64,000 bases of DNA from an uncultured bacterium. GTDB taxonomy: Bacteria; Abyssobacteria; SURF-5. A program made the translations under genes and the position numbers. Of the stretch, positions 58,158 to 64,000 are shown one piece after another (positions within the stretch are counted from its first letter, which is position 1; every line of letters begins with the position of its first letter). The stretch spans positions 58,117 through 122,116 of the forward strand of contig CAZSKP010000007.1 in assembly GCA_964607485.1 (NCBI GenBank). The letters run 5' to 3'. Below the pieces are notes generated by a model that saw nothing but the letters and a program-made list of their open reading frames with translations, was not told where the DNA came from and did not search any database.

Positions 58158-58358
58158 TTGCCAGAAGGAACCGTGAAGTGGTTTAACGACCAGAAGGGTT
58201 ATGGCTTCATAGCCCAGGACAATGGACCTGATGTGTTTGTACATCATGAGTCGATCAGCGGAACAGGGTTCAAGACCCTTTCCGAGAACGAACTCGTCCG
58301 CTTCGAGACATTCGAGGGTCCGAAAGGACTGAAGGCGGACAACGTCGAGAAGCTGTAA
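58158..58358 (+). CDS. Cold-shock protein (CspA family), TTG start
   Basis: GTVKWFN..KGYGFI, DVFVH, GFKTL, GPKG..A.NV; AGGAAGG RBS. Confidence 0.95.
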   Translation: MPEGTVKWFNDQKGYGFIAQDNGPDVFVHHESISGTGFKTLSENELVRFETFEGPKGLKADNVEKL

Positions 58359-58384
58359 GGTTCTCACGACCATGCTCGCACAGG

Positions 58385-58417
58385 CCTCGCATCTGCTCAC
58401 ACGATGCGGGGTTTTCT
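58385..58417 (+). terminator. Putative terminator after csp
   Basis: CCTCGCATC / GATGCGGGG stem followed by TTTTCT. Confidence 0.55.
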
Positions 58418-59133
58418 GCTTGATGCACTGGATAGAAAATCCCGTAACTATTGGAGGCTTCATTCCGATTTGTTCTTGCATAAGCTACTTGATTGTCTAC
58501 CAACCTGGCCTGTCTTTCAAAGAGGGGAATAGAACAGCCAGTGAGGGCTTGGCCTCGGAAGCCCAAGCGTTGTACACTTTGGCACCGCGCAATTCTCGCC
58601 CAATTATTCAGCTAGGAAGAGTTCACATCAATTTGGCCTCTGGTGACCCAAAGGTAGAGAGGCGGACTGGTTTCCCCGGGCAACGAGGCTATCAGAAACT
58701 AGTAAAGGCTTTGTTTGAGAACTTCGTATTCTGCATATGGGCAGAGTGCAGGTTTCGCCCAACTTCGCCTCGCTGTGACAAGTTGGAGAAAGTGTAGGAT
58801 ATCATCACGTATATACACTCTCTGCTAGACTGGAGTGTTGTGGCGAGGATTTGGTGAACCCTGTAGGGCGTAGCCCGGAAGGGTTTGTTATGAACTGCCA
58901 GAGGTCTTCTGGCTATGAGTAGAGTGGGGCTTACACAGGGCAAGGAAATCAGCTGATATGGGGAAAATGGACTGTGGCCCAAACTGTGGCCCATACCCCT
59001 GTATTTTTGGCGTTTTTCTGCAACCGAGTGCAATTCTTCTGATTTTGCAACTTAAAAACTTGCAATTACTTGCGAAATGGTACGATTTGCTGCAGAAGAT
59101 CCTGGAATGCCTTACAAGCAGGAGGTCACTGGT

Positions 59134-59553
59134 GTTGAGTTTCAGCGCATTTGGGAGAGATGGTCAGAAGGGAAGTGGAGGGCGGCGGCAAAAGAGTCCA
59201 GCCTGCGCAGGTTTCCCGGGGACTGGGTCATCGAGTTTGTTGAGGGGGGAGAGGACTATCTCTTCGGCTATGACATGCGAGAATGCGGTATTCATAAGTT
59301 CTGGCGTTCCAAGGGGCTTGAAGAATTTGTTCCCTATCTGTGTCTTACCGATTGGGCGAAGTGGAAATCGATTGGAGTAGCTGTCGAAAGAAGTCAGACC
59401 ATCGCCAATGGGCACGAAGTATGCGATTTCAGGTACTGCAGAGCGAAGAAAGCATGCCCGTCAGGATGGCCTCCGGAATCAAACCCCGAGTGGACCGGCA
59501 AATTCGAGAGAACCAATGGGGACAGAATCGACAAGAAAACGGGTCCAGAGTGA
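59134..59553 (+). pseudogene. 5'-truncated L-2-amino-thiazoline-4-carboxylate hydrolase-like gene
   Basis: YDMRECGIHKFW...YLC.TD...RSQTIANG...CDFRY; upstream codons are the tRNA-derived repeat. Confidence 0.65.
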
Positions 59554-59854
59554 TTCGTTCAAGCCTTGATTTTTCGCGTTCCCCGAAAGTGTAACCTCCA
59601 CCCATCCAATCGTTCAAATATCGCTTCTGGCGAGTAAAGATAATGTTTTCTATTCTTCACTGATTTTGGCTTTCCAAAGACCTGATTCTCCGTCTCTATG
59701 TCCTTCCCGGTCGAACAAGTGAAGAAGCGCAGGGTGGAGTGCGCTTAGGCGCCGCTTCCCGGGACGCGGCAGCCGTCGGAACATGTGCCGCATCACCGAT
59801 TTCTTTCGGTCCATGTCCACAGGAACGATGCATGGATTAGAACCGGAACCGTGT

Positions 59855-60868
59855 TCATGGTTTATGGCCAGTGACACGCTGGAGGATGTTGTGAACGAAC
59901 TCTACAGCCTCGACCCGGGCGAAGCCGGCATCCTCCATATAGCCACAGACCTCGGCGTTGCTGTGGGCTCGTCCCTTGCTGCCCAGTAATGCTTCGTGTA
60001 TCGACCACGTTGCAGCTATCAGCGGGCCGGTCTTCTGTTCGTTCAGGTTCTCCGCGATAATGTGCATCACCCCATTGGAAGGCAGCACCTGGAATGCTTT
60101 TGCAATGATATTTCGCGCCTCGTCTGGCCCGTATTGGGTAAGATTGCCGTTCAGCATCACGACATCCACACCTTCGGGAAAGGGATCGCTTGTGAAGTCC
60201 CCCGGATGCGTCTCGATGCGGTCGGACAAGCCCGCCTCCTCGACCAGTTCGTCGGTTACTCGACACACGTCGGCAAAATCGAACACGATCGCACGCAGAT
60301 TAGGAAACCGGCGGCACAGTGATACGCAATATGCGCCCGAGCCACCTCCTAGGTCGAGCACGAGGTTGTAGCTTGAGAAATCAAACCGTTTGGCGAGCTT
60401 GCTTCCTGCGCCCAGCCCGACGTTGAACATGGCACGCGTTAGCATCTCGGCCTGGTCGGTCGTCATCTTCTCGTAGATGCCGAGGACCGACGGCGGACTT
60501 GGATCGGTGAGCCGGTCGGCAAGATTGATCCACTGGGCGAAATCTCCCTTGCCCATGAGTGACCAAGCACCGAAGTAGCGCGGTTTGCCTTCCACAAGAT
60601 AAATTTCGACGTCCGGGGCGTTGACGTAACGGTTGTCTCGTTTCTCAAGCAGGCCGAGCGCCGCACACGCAATGACAAGTCGCTCGGCGTTCAGGGGCGA
60701 GAGCCCGCACGCTAAGGCAATCTCCTCAGGGGTTGTGGCACCTTCGGAAACCTTTGTAAAGAGGCTCAGCTCGATGGCCGCCATCAATATACCCGAGTGC
60801 TTGAATCCGAAGCCGATGTTCTGAATTCTCTCGGTCCCGAGGCGAGGGCTGTCAGGCGAAGATGTCAT
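59855..60868 (-). CDS. SAM-dependent O-methyltransferase (same family as 7666-8661)
   Basis: AAIELSLF, VLDLGGGSG, IVFDF, PGDF; AAAGGAG RBS. Confidence 0.92.
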   Translation of the reverse strand: MTSSPDSPRLGTERIQNIGFGFKHSGILMAAIELSLFTKVSEGATTPEEIALACGLSPLNAERLVIACAALGLLEKRDNRYVNAPDVEIYLVEGKPRYFGAWSLMGKGDFAQWINLADRLTDPSPPSVLGIYEKMTTDQAEMLTRAMFNVGLGAGSKLAKRFDFSSYNLVLDLGGGSGAYCVSLCRRFPNLRAIVFDFADVCRVTDELVEEAGLSDRIETHPGDFTSDPFPEGVDVVMLNGNLTQYGPDEARNIIAKAFQVLPSNGVMHIIAENLNEQKTGPLIAATWSIHEALLGSKGRAHSNAEVCGYMEDAGFARVEAVEFVHNILQRVTGHKP

Positions 60869-61292
60869 TGGCCAGTTCTCCTTTCAGCGGCCACAGATGT
60901 GGTCTTGTGTTCAATCACGATTCCGTTTCTCCGATTCTCTTAGAGGATTTCTTGACTGCTGATCCTTCCGTGCGACAAAAAATAATTCTCTGGGACTTTC
61001 GAAACCGTATGGACTTCTGTCATAAGCCCTGAATTATTCCTCCGCTACCATTAACAGCCAAAACAGTATAACACTTCCTTCCCTGAGCATTACACTTGAA
61101 AGTCTCACTTTCCCGGCCGCCTGAAAGTGCGCCTTCCACCCATCCAACCGTTCAATTGTCACTCTCAAAGAGTCAACAATACGTTTTCCATTCTGCACCG
61201 ATTCTTGTTTCCCAACTTCCGCTCATTTGCCTTTCCATCCAGGGAAATGTGACCTTGCGGAACGGGCCGGCGACTGGTACAGGACGAGAGTT

Positions 61293-61967
61293 TCAGGCGG
61301 TGTGTCTGCTGGAATACGTCAGATAGCCGATAACCATGTTTGCGAGTTCCGTTATCAGTTCCTCTTCAGCGAACGGCGCGTTGGTCGTAATGCTGCTGTG
61401 AAGACAGGCTTCGACGGCCTCGTCTATCAGGAACGCAGCGAGCGGAATATTGCGCACCCTGATCTCGCCGCGTCGGTTCTCGATCAATCGTTTCAGCGGT
61501 TTGCGGAGCTGCGCCCGAATCTGATTTCGCACGTCCCGGAACTCGGGATCCTTCATGGCTATCTGAGCGAAGGCATGTTGCAGACCTGGATCACGCTTGT
61601 GACTCTGGAATGCCGTCCGGACAAGCGAATGGATTCCGGCGTGGAAATCTATGCCCTGCCATTTCTGCGGATCCAGCTCCGCGTGGATTGTTTTCTCGAT
61701 TTCCAGTGAATAATCATGGTAGATTTCCAGGAATACGCTGCGCTTATCGAGGAAATACTTGTAGAACGTCCCCACGGATACACCGGCACGTTTCGCGATA
61801 TGATTGGTCGTTGTTCTCTCGTACCCCTTTTCGGAGAACAAGCGGGTTGCGGCTCGGACGAGTCGCTGGCGCGTGCGCCGGCTACGTTTCTGTTTTGGAA
61901 CGTCTTTGGCTGACTGGGCAATATCCGTGTTCATGACAGCGGTGGTGCTCCTTTCATTACGGCTCAT
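61293..61967 (-). CDS. TetR/AcrR family regulator
   Basis: RLVRAATRLFSEKGYERTTTNHIAKRAGVSVGTFYKYFLDK. Confidence 0.95.
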   Translation of the reverse strand: MSRNERSTTAVMNTDIAQSAKDVPKQKRSRRTRQRLVRAATRLFSEKGYERTTTNHIAKRAGVSVGTFYKYFLDKRSVFLEIYHDYSLEIEKTIHAELDPQKWQGIDFHAGIHSLVRTAFQSHKRDPGLQHAFAQIAMKDPEFRDVRNQIRAQLRKPLKRLIENRRGEIRVRNIPLAAFLIDEAVEACLHSSITTNAPFAEEELITELANMVIGYLTYSSRHTA

Positions 61968-62042
61968 TCATCTTGCTATTCGACCCGACAAACAATCTGG
62001 ATAAAATACCTATTTTCTTGTCCGACTTATAAAAGCCTAGCT

Positions 62043-62131
62043 ATTATAATATCAAGAGCTTATCTATGTCAATAAAAAAATAAACATGAAATCACATTTT
62101 TATTGACAAAGCCGGCTGTTTCGGCTATAAT
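62043..62131. promoter_or_regulatory. Back-to-back sigma70 promoters with a central palindrome (candidate TetR operator)
   Basis: Plus TTGACA (62103-08)-17-TATAAT (62126-31); minus TTGACA (62072-67)-18-TATAAT (62048-43); AATAAACATG-N6-CATTTTTATT at 62079-62104. Confidence 0.78.
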
Positions 62132-62277
62132 ATGCTGAACATGGCCTCTTGGATTGTTCATGACCGGGAATTCTTCATCTGTGCCGGAATAAACCCAATG
62201 GACAAGCCGCGCACAAAAGAAGCATCCCCACCAACCGGTCTCAAAATAGCGGATGCAACGCGAATTGGGAGGGTACG

Positions 62278-62814
62278 ATGACCGACACTAATAGCGGCAT
62301 CACGATGGATGACCTCATGGCATTTGCCCGGCAAAGCGAGGAGATCGGCAGCGCGTACAAGGTGCCGGGCGAGCAGCATCTCATGCATCTCCTCGGCGCG
62401 ATCGCCCGGCAGGGAGAATCCGAGTTCGGCGAGAAAGGGCTGGAGATGATCGGCCGAGCGGTCGACCGATTCGGTGAAGAACGGGGTCAATGCGTTGCCC
62501 ACACAGTGAAAGAGAAGGGGAAGCCGCTGACACTGATGAATTTCTTCCTCTACAGCGATATGGATACCAGCGGCAACGAAATGGTGCCGAAGCATGTCGG
62601 CGGCGAACTGCACATCCGCGTTCACAAATGCATTTTTGCCGACCGGCTCAAGGATTTCGGGCTGGAACAATACGGGATACATTACTGCAAATACATCGAC
62701 ATCGCCACGTTGAGGGGATACAACCCCAAGCTTCAGCTCGAAATAAAATCGCAGCTTACGGGCGGCGCCGACTGCTGCCATTTCATTTACCGGCAACCCG
62801 AAGGGGCGGCGTAG
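62278..62814 (+). CDS. L-2-amino-thiazoline-4-carboxylate hydrolase-like protein
   Basis: AVDRFGEERG, RVHKC.FA...FGL...G..YCKYID....GYNP, L..GADCCHF.Y; GGAGG RBS. Confidence 0.78.
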   Translation: MTDTNSGITMDDLMAFARQSEEIGSAYKVPGEQHLMHLLGAIARQGESEFGEKGLEMIGRAVDRFGEERGQCVAHTVKEKGKPLTLMNFFLYSDMDTSGNEMVPKHVGGELHIRVHKCIFADRLKDFGLEQYGIHYCKYIDIATLRGYNPKLQLEIKSQLTGGADCCHFIYRQPEGAA

Positions 62815-62875
62815 CCGGCTATCGGAACACTGGACGCAGTGTTCATGAACGCACAATGATTTGGGGAGTGATCTC

Positions 62876-64000
62876 ATGTCGCAACAACGGATTGAAACCG
62901 ATGTGCTGGTTGTCGGCGGCGGCGGCGCGGGCTTCAGGGCGGCCATAGGCGTCACGGAGACAGGCGCGAAAGCCACGCTTCTGAGCAAAGGGCCGCTAGC
63001 ACGCTGCGGGGCCACGCCCATGGCGGGCGCCGACTTCACGCTTGATGGGCATAGCCTGAGTGAAATGGGATTCGACGGTGAGCCCAAGGATAGCATGGAG
63101 ATATTCTTCAGCGATATCGTGCACCAGGGGTATTTCCTGAATAATCAGAAACTCCTCGAGCAGTACGTCCGCTCCGCGCCCGCGCGGCTGAAGGAACTAC
63201 TGGATTGGGGCATCGAAGTCAAAGGATCGGAAGAACGCGCCATCTTCACGAGCGGCACAGGAATCATGGACGCGCTGCTTCGCAAGGCCAGGGAAGTGGG
63301 CGTTGACATGATCGAGGATGTCATGCTCGTTGATCTCGTCGTGCAGGATGGGAAAATCGCAGGCGCTCTGGCTCTTGACATCAAGACCGGCGACTTCATC
63401 AATATTCAGACCAACGCCGTCATCATGGCGACAGGCGGTTGGCATAAGGCGTTCTGGCCGAACACGGGGATGCGCGACCTCTCAGGTGAGGGAATTGCCA
63501 TCGCCCACCGCGCTGGTGCCGACATTGGAAACATGGAGTTCATCACATTTTGCTGCAATGTGCTCCTGGATCCGCCAATATGGCGGGGAAGCATCGCGGT
63601 CTATATCCTCCACTCGGTCCTCGGCGGTCTTCTCACCAACGCAGCCGGCGAAACCTTTCTGGACAACTACGATCCCTACGTCGTGCAGAAGGGCACCACG
63701 ATGGAGTGGAACAAGAGCTTCTTGTCCTTTGCAACCATGAAGGAAGTGCGGGAGGGCAAAGGCTTATCCCACGGAGGCATCCACTTCAGCCGGGGAGAAG
63801 TGCCGTGGGAACCGTTTGAAGCCATAGCTGGCTTCCTCTTCCCGAACTGGAAGTACAAAGGGCTGGATTTGACCGAACTCGGCCGCAAGATCAAAGATGG
63901 TGAAAGCGTTGAAGTCGGCTCCGCCGTTGAATACTTTGATGGTGGCATCGTTGTCGACGAGCGATTCGAAACAAGCGTTCCGGGTTTGTATGCGGCTGGC
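62876..64000 (+). CDS. SdhA/FrdA/NadB-family FAD-binding protein (runs off window; absent from ORF track)
   Basis: My translation: MSQQRIETDVLVVGGGGAGFRAAI...AVIMATGG...SGEG.AIAHRAGADIGNMEF...ETSVPGLYAAG; GGGGAG RBS. Confidence 0.9.
   Translation, partial: MSQQRIETDVLVVGGGGAGFRAAIGVTETGAKATLLSKGPLARCGATPMAGADFTLDGHSLSEMGFDGEPKDSMEIFFSDIVHQGYFLNNQKLLEQYVRSAPARLKELLDWGIEVKGSEERAIFTSGTGIMDALLRKAREVGVDMIEDVMLVDLVVQDGKIAGALALDIKTGDFINIQTNAVIMATGGWHKAFWPNTGMRDLSGEGIAIAHRAGADIGNMEFITFCCNVLLDPPIWRGSIAVYILHSVLGGLLTNAAGETFLDNYDPYVVQKGTTMEWNKSFLSFATMKEVREGKGLSHGGIHFSRGEVPWEPFEAIAGFLFPNWKYKGLDLTELGRKIKDGESVEVGSAVEYFDGGIVVDERFETSVPGLYAAG

Larger units (their letters stand above)
48978..59133. mobile_element. 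tRNA-Val-integrated genomic island remnant (no integrase seen)
   Basis: 26-bp direct repeat with 2 mismatches (48978-49003 vs 59108-59133); TGTGGCCCAAACTGTGGC just inside both ends (49094-49111, 58973-58990); lower GC interior. Confidence 0.78.

Noticed and set aside
59108-59160. Second tRNA-Val gene
   Set aside because: Only 26 bp match; no acceptor stem, D arm or complete T arm.

Overview
GC-rich chromosomal window from what looks like an anaerobic bacterium (taxon not determinable here). In order: 3' part of mfd; a GET3/ArsA-type ATPase with a small partner gene, convergent with a PhaR-phasin / phasin / SDR / ParA / acyltransferase cluster; O-methyltransferase, iron-sulfur flavoprotein, an AT-rich HEPN-motif gene and abfD; envelope genes (GT-C glycosyltransferase, UbiA-type phosphoribosyltransferase, DUF362); a REP-associated tyrosine transposase with its REPs and a PD-(D/E)XK-like gene; nrpR divergent from three FMN-type glutamate-synthase-like subunits plus a GATase-GXGXG fusion interleaved with mvhD-like, metV, metF and followed by lipB; two PilT/PilU ATPases; SmtB/CadC plus P1B-ATPase; an AT-rich gene ending in an attC-like site; secA; transglutaminase-like gene plus ABC-type permease; tRNA-Val(TAC) followed by an integrase-less ~10 kb island (rhlE, receivers, B12 radical SAM, HlyIII, rpsU, RRM remnant, csp) closed by a degenerate tRNA repeat; and a TetR-linked ATC-hydrolase-like / divergent SdhA-like locus. 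The most novel-looking candidate is the storage-lipid granule locus with its own ParA and an acyltransferase whose N-terminus resembles a ParA-partner peptide (a possible lipid-inclusion positioning system). Second is the NrpR-linked multi-subunit glutamate-synthase-like / MetVF cluster. All family assignments are by-eye motif recognition; no searches were run.
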